A stretch of 64,000 bases of DNA from Trueperaceae bacterium (GCA_965214995.1 CBDCCT010000002.1:4795160-4859159); one strand, 5' to 3'. Counted from the first letter of the stretch, positions 37,324 through 49,325 are shown. The notes: generated by a model not told the origin, from the sequence alone. Program-made: numbers and translations.

Positions 37324-37646
37324 GCTTCGTTCTCCAACGGGGCGTAAAGCGCCACCCCGCGCTCGAGCTCGTCTTCCAAAAGCGCCCGCTCCGCGTAATG
37401 CGCCCCCGCCTCGGTGAGGGTGTAGAGGACGCGGCAGCGACCGCTGACGACTTCGGTGGATTTGTTCACATAGCCCTCGTCGAAAAGGCGTTTAAGCAGA
37501 CCGTAGAGCGTGCCGGGACCTACCTGAGTCCCCTTCATCATCTCGTAGCCGTGGCTCGCCCCCTCCAGAAGGGCGCGCAGCACCGCCACCTGTTGTTGTG
37601 AGGGGACTCGAGTCCGTTTGCGCCGTTTCACGAAGCTTCCTCTCAA
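37320..37646 (-). CDS. PadR-family transcriptional regulator
   Basis: 'LRALLEGASHGYEMMKGTQVGPGTLYGLLKRLFDEGYV'. Confidence 0.8.
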   Translation of the reverse strand: MRGSFVKRRKRTRVPSQQQVAVLRALLEGASHGYEMMKGTQVGPGTLYGLLKRLFDEGYVNKSTEVVSGRCRVLYTLTEAGAHYAERALLEDELERGVALYAPLENEA

Positions 37647-37785
37647 AGCTCCATTTTAAGAGAGTAAAAGCGTGCTGTCCAGAAAACGCGATATATCTCG
37701 CTTTTCTTTGCCTCCCGGATGTTTTCTCGCTACTGTCGGGAAAGTCCGTAGCTGTCGAGAATTTAAAGAAATCAAAGGAGGAACC

Positions 37786-39117
37786 ATGACCCACCGCCTC
37801 ACCAAAACCTTCTGGACCGCCGCGCTTTTGACCGTGACGAGCGGCGCGCTGGCCTTTTGCGGTTTTTATATCGCCAAGGCCGACACGGATTTGTTCAACG
37901 ACTCCTCAGAAGTCATTATTGCGCGGGAAGGACAGCGCACGGTCCTGACGATGGCGAACGACTACCGGGGCGACGTGGCGGACTTCGCCTTAGTCGTCCC
38001 CGTGCCCACCGTGCTGCGCGAGGAGCAGATTTGGGTGGGCGACCCCGAGATTTTTGGGCGCTTGGACGCCTACAGCGCGCCCAGGCTGGTGGAATACTTC
38101 GACCCCGACCCGTGCTTGGACGATTTGGTATATGAAACCGAGAGTGCAGCGATGCCGATGGCGTCAACGCCGCAAATGGATGTGCAGGGGGCTCGCGCCA
38201 AAGCTTTAGGCGTCACCGTGGAGGACGCGTTTACGGTCGGCGAGTACGACATCCTCATCTTGAGCGCGCAGGAGTCGGCGGGGCTCGAGACCTGGCTGCT
38301 TGAGAACGGCTACGAACTCCCCGACGGCGCGCACGAGGCGCTGGCCCCCTACATCCGGCAGGGCATGAAGTTTTTTGTCGCCAAGGTGAATTTAGGCGCG
38401 TTCGAGGCGCGCGGCGCGGTGAATCTAAGGCCGCTCACGATGGCGTTCGAAAGTGAAAACTTGATGCTGCCCATCCAACTGGGAATGCTCAACGCGGCGG
38501 GGCCGCAGGATTTGGTCGTGTACGTGCTCTCGCCCGGGGGCCGCGCTGAACTAAAAAACTACAAAACACGGGAAATCCCCTCGAACGTCACGCTGCCGGA
38601 CTTCGTCGAGGACGACTTTGCGGACGCTTACCGCGCGATATTCGAGCAGGCGCATGAGCGTGATGAAGATGCGGTGCTGCTCGAGTACGCCTGGGATATG
38701 GCCTGGTGCGACCCCTGCGCGGCGGACCCGCTTTCGTTTGATGAATTGCGGCGGGCCGGGGTGTTTTGGCTGCGTGAACGTTCGGCGGACTCGAGCGCCC
38801 CCAACGTTTACCTCACGCGGCTGCACCTGCGCTATACCCAAAGCACCTTCCCCGAAGACCTCATGTTCCGCATCACAAACAACCGCGACAACTTTCAAGG
38901 ACGTTATATTTTGCAGCGACCTTTTGAGGGAACGCTCTCGTGCGAGGCGACGGATTATGTGCGGGAGGTGCGCGAGCGCCAGAGTGAGGCGGCGGCGCGG
39001 CTTGCCAAACTAACGGGCTGGCCGCTGGACGATGTTCACGCAAAGATGGACCCCTATGCGCCGGAGGTGCGCGTGCCGAACTGGTGGGAGTCTCTGTTTA
39101 ACTTCGGCAGACCGTGA
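37786..39117 (+). CDS. secreted conserved protein (DUF2330-like)
   Basis: Signal peptide with a good RBS (aaggagg). 444 aa. The DUF number is tentative. Confidence 0.5.
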   Translation: MTHRLTKTFWTAALLTVTSGALAFCGFYIAKADTDLFNDSSEVIIAREGQRTVLTMANDYRGDVADFALVVPVPTVLREEQIWVGDPEIFGRLDAYSAPRLVEYFDPDPCLDDLVYETESAAMPMASTPQMDVQGARAKALGVTVEDAFTVGEYDILILSAQESAGLETWLLENGYELPDGAHEALAPYIRQGMKFFVAKVNLGAFEARGAVNLRPLTMAFESENLMLPIQLGMLNAAGPQDLVVYVLSPGGRAELKNYKTREIPSNVTLPDFVEDDFADAYRAIFEQAHERDEDAVLLEYAWDMAWCDPCAADPLSFDELRRAGVFWLRERSADSSAPNVYLTRLHLRYTQSTFPEDLMFRITNNRDNFQGRYILQRPFEGTLSCEATDYVREVRERQSEAAARLAKLTGWPLDDVHAKMDPYAPEVRVPNWWESLFNFGRP

Positions 39118-40650
<1,533 letters not shown>

Positions 40651-40956
40651 GGGGTCTGGGGCGCGGGTGATGCCCAGGCTCGAGGGGTAGCGCCCCAAGA
40701 TCAGGCTCGCCCGGCTCGGCGTTGGAGATTCAGACACCGTTGGGAACAGGTAAGGTTGGGAGTGTGTAAAGCATCGTCCTGTTTGCGAGTTCGACTTGGA
40801 GACCGAAGCGGCACTCCTCAGACCGTAACAACCCCCAAAAGGGGTGCTGCCTGCTATCAAAAATCAAGGTTGCTGCGCCACCCAAAAGGGCGAAGCCGAC
40901 GCGGTAAACTGACCTATGATTTTCCTACCGCACCCTCACCGCCCCCTTACTCGCGC

Positions 40957-43512
40957 ATGAGCGCGGGCCAGACCTCTCTTTTCAAGGCGGAAGGCCAGCG
41001 CGCGCCCAACGGCCATAAGATAGTCATCATCGACGGGCACGCGCTGGCCTTCCGCTCCTACTTCGCCATCCGCGAGCTCTCCAACTCAAAAGGGCTCACG
41101 ACGAACGCGGTTTACGGCTTTTTACGCTCGCTCTTGCGCATCCTCAAAGAGGAGGGCGAATTTGACGCCACCATCGTCGCCTTTGACGCGCCCGCCAAAA
41201 CCTTTCGGCACGAGAGGTACGAAGACTACAAGGCGGGCCGCGCGCCCGCACCCGAGGACCTGCCGCGGCAGATAAGGACCATCAAGGAAGTTGTCAAGCT
41301 TTTGGGCCTTTACCAGCTCGAGGTGCCGGGTTTAGAGGCCGACGACCTCATGGGCACCATCGCTAAGCGTTGCGAAGGCCAGGGCTACAAAGTCGAACTC
41401 GTGACAAGCGACCGCGACGCCTATCAGCTCGTGTCGGAGCGGGTCTGCGTGCGCGGGCTCGACAAAACGGACCGCTTCGGCCCCGACGAGGTTTTTGAAA
41501 AGTACGGCGTGCGCGTGAACCAGTGGACGGACTACCGCGCGCTGACGGGCGACTCGTCGGACAACATACCGGGGGCCAAGGGCATCGGCCCGGTGAGCGC
41601 CAAGAAGCTGTTGCAGCGTTACGACACGCTCGACTATATTTTGGAACACCTGGACGAGGTCGAGCCCGAAAAGTACGCACAAAAGGTGCGCGACAGTTTG
41701 GAAGACGTGAAGTTCTCGCGCGAGCTTTCGCGCATCGTGACTGACGCGGATATTCATATCGACCCCAAGGAGTGGGCGCAGCGGGAGATGGAGCGCGACG
41801 CGCTAAGGGCGCTTTTGAGCGAGCTCGAGTTCGGCTCCATCATCCGCGAACTGGGCTTGGGCGAGGCGGAGGGCGAGGCCGCGGTCTACCGCAACGTCCG
41901 CTGGGAGGACATGTTTTATGGCGGCGCGGTGGGCTACGCCCTGTCAAGCGTGAGCGCGATGGACGCTGAACTGACCGACTTAGCCGTCGCCTCGGCGGGC
42001 GGCGTCGCGGTGGCGCGGGGTGAGGAGGATAGGGCGGAGCTTTTTGGGAGCACCTTTTCTTTGGACGCCGCCGACGCCAAGGCGCTCGCGGTCTACGCGC
42101 GTAAAAAGGGCTACACTTTACAACCCGGCGACGACCCCCTGCTCATGGCCTACGTGTTGGATCCCAACACCGCCACCCCCGAGGCGGTGGCGCGGCGCTA
42201 CGGCGTGGGCGAGTGGGAGGGCAACGCGCGCGCGCGCGCCGTTGTTACCGCCGAACTCCTCAAAATTTTGCCGAACAAGCTGGGGGGCCAGCAGCTCGAG
42301 TTGTATGAACACATCGAAAAACCCTTTGCTGAGGTGCTCGTCCAGATGGAGAGTTGCGGCGTCAAGATTGATGCGGATTTTTTAAAAGCGCAGTCGGACG
42401 CGATGGGGATGACGCTTGCAGACATCGAAACGCGCGTGCGCGAGATTGCAGGAAACCCTGACTTAAACCTCAACTCCCGCGACCAGTTGGCTGAGCTTTT
42501 GTACGACCGGCTCCAACTCCAGGCGGGCAAAAAGACCTCGACGGGCAAACGCTCGACCGCGGTGGCGACCTTGGAGCCCCTGCGCGAGGCGCACCCGGTG
42601 GTGGCGCTCATCTTGGAATACCGCGAGCTCTCAAAACTCAAGAGCACCTACCTTGACCCCCTGCCCAAGCTCGTCAACCCCGACACGGGCCGCATCCACA
42701 CCACCTTCAACCAGACCGTCACCGCCACCGGGCGCTTGTCCTCGACCAATCCAAATCTGCAAAACATCCCCGTGCGCACCGAAATCGGGCGGCAGATTCG
42801 CCGCGCCTTTATCGCGGATGAAGGGTCTAAGCTTTTGGTCGCCGACTATTCACAAATCGAGCTGCGCATCCTCGCGCACGTGACCGAGGAGCCCGTGCTC
42901 TTAGACGCTTTTAGAAAGGGCGAGGACATCCACCGCCGCACCGCCGCGCAGATTCACGGCGTCGCCCTGGACGCGGTGCAGCACGACATGCGGCGCATCG
43001 CCAAAATCATCAACTTCGGCGTGCTCTACGGGATGTCCGCGCACCGCCTCACGCGCGAGTTAAGCATCTCGTATGAGGAGGCCGACACCTTTATCAAGAC
43101 CTATTTCGAGCGCTACCCGCGAGTGCAGGCTTACATCGAGGAGACGCTTTCTTTTGCCCGACAGCACGGCTACGTCGAGACGCTGCTGGGTCGCCGCCGC
43201 CTCATCCCCGATATCAACTCGGGCAACCGCAACGCGCGCGAATACGCCGAGCGCACCGCTTACAACATGCCCATCCAGGGCGCATCGGCAGACATTATGA
43301 AGCTGGCGATGATTGCGCTTGCCCCCAAACTGGGTGCGCGGGGTGCCAAGCTCCTCTTGCAGGTTCACGACGAGCTGATTATCGAGACACCGGAGGATGT
43401 GGCCGACGAAGTCGCGGAACTCACTAAAGCGACGATGCAGGAGGCGTACGCGCTCCGTGTGCCGCTTTTGGCGGAGGTCGGGGTTGGGGAGAATTGGCTC
43501 GAGGCGAAGTAA
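40957..43512 (+). CDS. polA: DNA polymerase I
   Basis: 5'-nuclease N-terminal domain plus polymerase motifs A ('LLVADYSQIELRILAH'), B ('RRIAKIINFGVLYGMSAHRL') and C ('LLQVHDELI'). Confidence 0.92.
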   Translation: MSAGQTSLFKAEGQRAPNGHKIVIIDGHALAFRSYFAIRELSNSKGLTTNAVYGFLRSLLRILKEEGEFDATIVAFDAPAKTFRHERYEDYKAGRAPAPEDLPRQIRTIKEVVKLLGLYQLEVPGLEADDLMGTIAKRCEGQGYKVELVTSDRDAYQLVSERVCVRGLDKTDRFGPDEVFEKYGVRVNQWTDYRALTGDSSDNIPGAKGIGPVSAKKLLQRYDTLDYILEHLDEVEPEKYAQKVRDSLEDVKFSRELSRIVTDADIHIDPKEWAQREMERDALRALLSELEFGSIIRELGLGEAEGEAAVYRNVRWEDMFYGGAVGYALSSVSAMDAELTDLAVASAGGVAVARGEEDRAELFGSTFSLDAADAKALAVYARKKGYTLQPGDDPLLMAYVLDPNTATPEAVARRYGVGEWEGNARARAVVTAELLKILPNKLGGQQLELYEHIEKPFAEVLVQMESCGVKIDADFLKAQSDAMGMTLADIETRVREIAGNPDLNLNSRDQLAELLYDRLQLQAGKKTSTGKRSTAVATLEPLREAHPVVALILEYRELSKLKSTYLDPLPKLVNPDTGRIHTTFNQTVTATGRLSSTNPNLQNIPVRTEIGRQIRRAFIADEGSKLLVADYSQIELRILAHVTEEPVLLDAFRKGEDIHRRTAAQIHGVALDAVQHDMRRIAKIINFGVLYGMSAHRLTRELSISYEEADTFIKTYFERYPRVQAYIEETLSFARQHGYVETLLGRRRLIPDINSGNRNAREYAERTAYNMPIQGASADIMKLAMIALAPKLGARGAKLLLQVHDELIIETPEDVADEVAELTKATMQEAYALRVPLLAEVGVGENWLEAK

Positions 43513-43668
43513 GCGAGGACGCCGCGCTGATTCCGACCTCTAGGCTTCGCCTGTGCCGAGCTTGATTCGACGCAGGTATTATCCCCTAAACTGCGTGCTG
43601 GACGGTAACTCACAGGCTGAATTTCCCAAACCAGGGTATTGCCTGCTACGCACGTTAGAATAGCGCCC

Positions 43669-45072
43669 ATGCCCCCAGAACCAGCCCCCACCGCACCAGC
43701 AACCCCACCTATAGCCACATCCGCAAGGCGCTTTTTCGGGACCGACGGCGTTCGCGGCGTGGCCGGGCGAGAGCCCATGACCGCCGCGTTCGCTTTTCAA
43801 CTGGGCGTGGCGGCGGCGGAGAGCCTCAAGGCCGCGGGGGTTGCAAAGCCCACTTTCGTCATCGGCATGGACACGCGGCGCTCGGGGCCGATGCTCATGC
43901 ACGCGCTCGCGGCGGGGCTCTGCTCGAGGGGTGCCGACGTGACTTTAGCGGGCGTCATCCCCACCCCCGGCGTGTCGTACTTAACGCGTCACTTAAGGGC
44001 CGACGCGGGCGTGGTAGTGAGCGCGTCGCACAACCCCTTTGAGGACAACGGCATCAAGTTTTTCAACGCGGCGGGCGAGAAGCTCTCCGACGAGGCGGAG
44101 GCGCGCATCGAGGCGTGGCTGGGCGAGGACAACGGCGTGAACGGCACGCTCGAGCCCGTCACGGGCGCGGCCATCGGCGCGGTGCGCCGCTATGAGCAAG
44201 GGGACGACTACGCCAAGTTTCTGCTCGCCGACGCGCCCCCCCTGGACGGACTGCGGGTGGGCTTAGACTGCGCGAATGGCTCGAGTTTTTCCATAGCGCC
44301 GGAGATTTTCAAAAAGCTCGGCGCGCGGCTCGACGTGATGAACGCGCAGCCTGACGGGGACAACATCAACGTGAAGAGCGGCTCGACGCATCCCGAGGCG
44401 CTCCAGGCGCGCGTGGTGGCGGCCGGCTTAGACGTCGGCGTGACCTTCGACGGCGACGCCGACCGGGCATTACTAGTAGATCGCCGGGGCCGCCTGGTCA
44501 CGGGCGACCATATGCTCGCCATTTGCGCGGTGGTGCGCGGTGAGAGGGCGGTGGTTGCTACCTTGATGAGCAACGGCGGGACGGAGCGTTATCTCAAAGA
44601 GCGGGGCGTCACGCTCCTGCGCACCAAGGTCGGCGACCGCTACGTGTTCGAGGCGCTGCGGCGCGAAGGGCTGACGCTCGGCGGGGAGCAGTCGGGGCAC
44701 CTTTTGTTTCTTGACAAGGCCCCCACGGGCGACGGGCTCTTGAGCGCGTTGCAGACGATCGCGGCGGTGCGCAAGTCGGGGCGGGCGCTCGAGGATTGGC
44801 TGGACGACATCCCGGTCTATCCGCAAACGCTCCTCAACGTCCGCGTGACGCCCGACCTAAAGGCGCATTTGGCGGAGCACGAGGAGGTTCAGGCGGCCTT
44901 GCGAGAGGCCCAAGCGCGTCTCCAGGGAGGCCGCATCAACCTGCGCCCGAGCGGCACCGAAGCGCTCGTGCGGGTGATGGTCGAGGGGCCTAACGAAAAG
45001 CTCGTCAAAGCCGTTGCGGGAGACGTCGCGGCGGTTATCGAGCGGGTGGCGGAAAGGGCGGATTCTGCGTGA
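43669..45072 (+). CDS. glmM: phosphoglucosamine mutase
   Basis: 'FGTDGVRG' and the active-site motif 'SASHNPFEDNGIKFF'. Confidence 0.9.
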   Translation: MPPEPAPTAPATPPIATSARRFFGTDGVRGVAGREPMTAAFAFQLGVAAAESLKAAGVAKPTFVIGMDTRRSGPMLMHALAAGLCSRGADVTLAGVIPTPGVSYLTRHLRADAGVVVSASHNPFEDNGIKFFNAAGEKLSDEAEARIEAWLGEDNGVNGTLEPVTGAAIGAVRRYEQGDDYAKFLLADAPPLDGLRVGLDCANGSSFSIAPEIFKKLGARLDVMNAQPDGDNINVKSGSTHPEALQARVVAAGLDVGVTFDGDADRALLVDRRGRLVTGDHMLAICAVVRGERAVVATLMSNGGTERYLKERGVTLLRTKVGDRYVFEALRREGLTLGGEQSGHLLFLDKAPTGDGLLSALQTIAAVRKSGRALEDWLDDIPVYPQTLLNVRVTPDLKAHLAEHEEVQAALREAQARLQGGRINLRPSGTEALVRVMVEGPNEKLVKAVAGDVAAVIERVAERADSA

Positions 45073-45183
45073 TGCTCAGCGTTTAGTGAGCAACATCCTG
45101 GTTTGAGCGAGTACGGCTTATGAATTGCTTCGTGACACAGAAACAAACTCGGTACGGATGAAAACCGCTGTACACGAGGGTTT

Positions 45184-45450
45184 TTAAGCGAACTCGCGTT
45201 TTTGCTCGAGCCGGAGCCGCGTGCTCTCGCAAAGCTCGCGCACGTCCTCGAGGATGAGTTGCAGCGTCCCGGGCTCTCCCCGCGTCATGGCGAGCTCGAA
45301 GTCGAGCTGGAGCGCCTTGAGATAATGCCTAATAAACGCAGCCATCTCGTCGTCGAGCGTCACGCTGCCTCGGCCCAAAAGCTCGCTGAGCGACCCCGAG
45401 GTCTCCTCCAAGGACCGTTTGAATTCGCTGAACTGGTGACTCCTTCTCAT
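45184..45450 (-). CDS. hypothetical small protein
   Basis: ORF with matching codon usage. Start assumed at MRRSHQF. Confidence 0.35.
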   Translation of the reverse strand: MRRSHQFSEFKRSLEETSGSLSELLGRGSVTLDDEMAAFIRHYLKALQLDFELAMTRGEPGTLQLILEDVRELCESTRLRLEQKREFA

Positions 45451-45987
45451 GGTGTCCCCCCCTGAGTGAGAACCGGTTTTGTGGTGCTGTCGCAGCAGGA
45501 CGTGCCGTGGCAGGGTGTAACGAGGTGTCAAGTGTAGAGCAAAAAGCACTTTGTGTCTAGTGCTACTATTAGGTTAGTATCTCCTGTGCGGCAAGCGCGC
45601 CAACAACGTCAAACGATGGTCAGAAGCTCACAGAGGGTTGCAAGCGTCTTCTAACGGTTTGAAAGGTTTATTCACTTGGACTATGATACGCAAAAGTAGA
45701 GATAAGGAAAAGTCGCTTGTGTACTCGGTGTTTTGGTACTGGTGTACGCTTGGATGACGGCGTTCTACAAAACATTCGCTCTACTCACTTCGCGGCGTAC
45801 GGCGCAAACCCGAAAAACAGATGCCGGGGCGGAAAAGGGTCAGAAGACGCGCGCGGTTTTACTGTGGTTGAAAAACTGGGGTTAAAAAGCGGTAGCATAG
45901 AGAAACCTATCCGGACGCTTGCAGACACCACCATAAACTTTTTACGTGGGGCGCGGGCTCGAGCCCGCGCACCGACAGGAGGCCGCG

Positions 45988-46230
45988 ATGACCACACCAC
46001 CACCCGTTAGCCGGAGCAGCCTTTGGGGCTTCGCCGTGGGCGTCGGCGCCTGCGCGATTGCCATCGTCGCCGTTCCCCTCACCTTTTTGTTGGGCGGCGT
46101 GAACCACTGGCTGCTGTTCGGTCTTTCTTTTATGGGCGGCGCGCTCCTGGGCGTGCTCCTCGCGCCGCGAACTCTGGCTCCCGCGAGGACTCCCCCGCCC
46201 TCCGACGCCCAAGGGGTAAGCAAAGGATAA
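45988..46230 (+). CDS. small membrane protein (2 TM)
   Basis: RBS aggagg is 6 nt upstream. 'LWGFAVGVGACAIAIVAVPLTFLLGGVNHWLLFGLSFMGGALLGVLLA'. Confidence 0.5.
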   Translation: MTTPPPVSRSSLWGFAVGVGACAIAIVAVPLTFLLGGVNHWLLFGLSFMGGALLGVLLAPRTLAPARTPPPSDAQGVSKG

Positions 46231-46326
46231 AGAGGTTGTCGAGCATCGTGACGGCTTCCCGGATATCGCCGCCATGACGGTGGGGGCGGGACACGGCGGA
46301 CGTGACGGGCGCAGTGCTGGCGAAGC

Positions 46327-47603
46327 TTGGCTAGGGAGGTACCTGTGACGTCTCAACCTGTCGCCCTACTCCGCGCGGCGTTTGGCGACGCGGTGAGGGC
46401 GGCGCGGCCCGACGACGCCGTTCGGGCATTGGACCTAGAAGGGCTGCGTGAAACGAGTCTGGTCGTCGGGGCCGGCAAGGCCGCGGTCGGCATGGCGCGC
46501 GGGCTCGAGGAGAACGCGGGCCGCCCGTTGCGCGGCCTCGTCATCACGCCTACCGGGCACGTCGGCGCGTCGCCCCAGGGCGTTCAGGTCGCCGAGGCCG
46601 GTCATCCCGTGCCGACCGCGGCGGGCGTCAGCGCCACGCGGCGCATCCTGGCGCTCCTCGCCGCGTTCGGCCCCGAAGACCGGGCGGTCGTGCTCATCTC
46701 GGGCGGCGCGTCGGCCCTGCTCACCGCGCCCCGGGGGGTGACGCCGGAGCAAAAGGCTGCGCTCACCGAAGACCTCCTCGCCTCGGGAGCGTCTATCGAA
46801 GAAATCAACGTCGTGCGCAAGCACTTATCAAACGTAAAAGGCGGGGGGCTCGCCGCCGCGACGCGGGCGCGCCTGCTCTCGCTCATCGTCTCGGACGTGG
46901 TGGGGGACGCTCTCTCGGCCATCGGCTCGGGCCCGACCGCGCCCGACCCCAGCACCTACGCCGAGGCGCTTGAGGTTCTCTCGCGCTACGGGCTCGAGCA
47001 CCCCGAGGCGCGCGCGGTTTTTGAGAAGGGCGCGCGCGGCGCGCTGCCCGAGACGCCCAAGGCCGACCACCCCGCGTTCAAACGCGTCGAGAACAGGCTC
47101 ATCGTGACCAACGCCGGGGCGCTCGCGGCGGCCCAGAAAACGCTGCGCGCCGCGGGACTTTGGCGCGCGCGTCCTGAGCGACGCGGTCACGGGCAGCGCG
47201 CGGGACGCAGCGCGGCCGTCACGCGGAGGCGGCGCGGGACTTGCCCCCGGGCGGCGCGCTTCTCTCGGGGGGCGAGACGACCACGCGACCGCGACCCGGC
47301 GGCGGGCGCGGCGGGCGCAACTTAGAATTTTTGCTCGCGCTGGCGCTCGAGCTAAACAGTACCCCGGAGGTGTACGCGCTCGCGGCGGACAGCGACGGCG
47401 TAGACGGCAGCAGCCACGCGGCGGGGGCGGTTGTCCGGCCCAACACGCTCGAGCGGGCGCGGGCGGCTGGGCTCGAGCCGCCCGCGTTCCTGGAAAACAG
47501 CGACGCGCACGGCTTTTTCGAGGCGCTTGGCGACCTCGTTGTGACGGGGCCGACGGGCACGAACGTCAACGACATAAGGATGCTGATTCGCACCCCCGAA
47601 TAG
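46327..47603 (+). pseudogene. glycerate 2-kinase (MOFRL family; TtuD/GckA-like), interrupted by two frameshifts
   Basis: The N-terminal 280 aa is in one frame and ends at 'KTLRAAGL'. 'ARVLSDAVTGSARDAAR' is in a second frame. The C-terminus 'LPPGGALLSGGETT...GGRGGRNLEFLLALAL...TGPTGTNVNDIRMLI' is in a third. The shifts fall within ~47160–47240. Confidence 0.65.
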
Positions 47604-47714
47604 CGCTGAAAAATGCTTCTGCATTTCCCGGATTAGCACCGACAAAAAGTTATGTCGGGGTTGTTTAAGAGGCTCATTACCAAAGGGTGTTGAAAAAGGC
47701 TCGAGTTCCTAAAG

Positions 47715-47812
47715 CCCCCCTTATCAAGGGGGGTTGGGGGGATCGTCTCCTACTGATTTGCCGCAAAGTCAGTGGAGACGATCCCCCCTCAGTCCCCCCT
47801 TAATAAGGGGGG
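47715..47812. repeat. cluster of three G/C-clamped palindromic hairpins in convergent intergenic region
   Basis: ccccccTTATCAagggggg at 47715–47733. ggggGATCGTCTCC...GGAGACGATCcccc at 47736–47788, with ~22-bp arms. cccccTTAaTAAggggg at 47794–47812. Confidence 0.7.
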
Positions 47813-47840
47813 AGGTCATGAAACACCCCTTAGACCCGTC

Positions 47841-49325
47841 TCAGAACGTCCGGCTCCACGCCTTGGGCCAGCGCTCAACCACCACCTTGGTTTCAGTATA
47901 GAACTCGACCCCGTGCCGCCCCTGCGCGTGCAGGTCGCCAAAGAACGAGTCGCCCCAGCCCGAGAACGGGTAAAAGGCCATCGGCGCGGCCACGCCCAGG
48001 TTGATGCCGACGTTGCCCGAGCGCACGCCGTAGCGAAAGGCCCTGGCCGCCGCGCCCGACGAGGTGAACAGGCACGCCTGGTTGCCAAAGCCGCGGTTGT
48101 TGACCATGCGGATGGCCTCGTCGATGTCGGCGGCGTGCATCATCGACAACACGGGGCCGAAGATTTCGGTGTGGGCGAAGTCGCTCGCGGGGTTCACGTT
48201 GCTGAGGACCGTCGGGTGGACGAAGTAGCCGTTCCTAAAACCGTCCACCTCCCTGCCGCGACCGTCCAACAGGAGGTCGGCCCCCTCTTGCGCGCCGCGG
48301 TCGATGAGCCCTTCGATGCGCACCTTGCTCTCCGCGCTAATCACCGGCCCCATCGTCACGTCGTCGTCTAAGCCGTAGCCGACTTTGCGGCTCCCGGCGT
48401 CCTCCAAGATGCGCTCCGTAAATTCCCCCTGCGCCTCCCCCACCGTAATCGCCACCGACGTTGCCAGGCAGCGCTGACCCGCGCAGCCGAAAGCCGAGTC
48501 GGCCAAGATGCGCGTCGCCATCTCCATGTCGGCGTCGGGCAGGACGACCGCCGGGTTTTTCGCGCCCCCCTGGCACTGCGCACGCTTGCCGTTGGCGGTC
48601 GCGCGGCTGTAGATATAGCGGGCCACGGGCGTCGAGCCGACAAAGGACACTGCGCGCACCTCCGGGTGGTCCAGAAGCGCGTCCACCGCCTCTTTGCCGC
48701 CGTTCACCAGGCCGACGACGCCTTTGGGAAAGCCCGCGCGCTCTAACAGCCCATAAAGTTTCTGCGTCGTCAGGGGCACCTTTTCGCTCGGCTTCAAGAT
48801 AAAGGTGTTGCCCGTCGCCACCGCGTAGGGCAAAAACCACAGGGGAATCATCGCGGGAAAATTGAAGGGCGTAATCGCCGCGACCACGCCCAGGGGCTGG
48901 CGGAACATGTGCTCGTCGATGCCCCTTGCGATGTCCTCGTTGTTGTACCCCTGCATCATCAGGGGCGTCCCGCAGGCCACCTCGACGTTCTCGATGCCGC
49001 GGCGGAGTTCGCCCAGAGATTCTTTGAAGGTTTTGCCGCACTCTCTGGTGAGGGTGCGGGCTAAGTCCTCGAGATTCTCTTCCAAAAGATTCTTGAGCTT
49101 GAAAAGCGGCTGGATGCGGTCGGTCACGGGCGTCATGCGCCAATCCTCCCACGCCGCCGCCGCCGCCCGGACCGCCTCGTCCACCTCCTCCTTGGCGCTT
49201 AAGGGCACCGCCGCGATAACCTCCGCCGTCGCGGGGTTGTGGACGTCTAGGTAGTCGCCCGCGTTGGAATGCGTCCACTCGCCGCCGATAAAGTTGAGCA
49301 ACGCTTTGTCTGCCGCTAGGGTCAT
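47841..49325 (-). CDS. mmsA: CoA-acylating methylmalonate-semialdehyde dehydrogenase
   Basis: Aldehyde dehydrogenase fold with MmsA-type motifs ('[10 protein letters not shown]' and 'GQRCLA'). Likely start MTLAAD at 49325. Confidence 0.85.
   Translation of the reverse strand: MTLAADKALLNFIGGEWTHSNAGDYLDVHNPATAEVIAAVPLSAKEEVDEAVRAAAAAWEDWRMTPVTDRIQPLFKLKNLLEENLEDLARTLTRECGKTFKESLGELRRGIENVEVACGTPLMMQGYNNEDIARGIDEHMFRQPLGVVAAITPFNFPAMIPLWFLPYAVATGNTFILKPSEKVPLTTQKLYGLLERAGFPKGVVGLVNGGKEAVDALLDHPEVRAVSFVGSTPVARYIYSRATANGKRAQCQGGAKNPAVVLPDADMEMATRILADSAFGCAGQRCLATSVAITVGEAQGEFTERILEDAGSRKVGYGLDDDVTMGPVISAESKVRIEGLIDRGAQEGADLLLDGRGREVDGFRNGYFVHPTVLSNVNPASDFAHTEIFGPVLSMMHAADIDEAIRMVNNRGFGNQACLFTSSGAAARAFRYGVRSGNVGINLGVAAPMAFYPFSGWGDSFFGDLHAQGRHGVEFYTETKVVVERWPKAWSRTF

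Noticed and set aside
45717-46010. 97-aa plus-strand ORF in the lower-GC non-coding region
   Set aside because: It has no RBS, a low-complexity composition, and overlaps the hairpin–RBS–ATG of the downstream small membrane protein. It is more likely untranslated leader or sRNA sequence.
48337-49278. 313-aa minus-strand ORF inside mmsA
   Set aside because: It is an alternate frame of the mmsA coding region, rich in Arg/Gly/Pro, with no homology.
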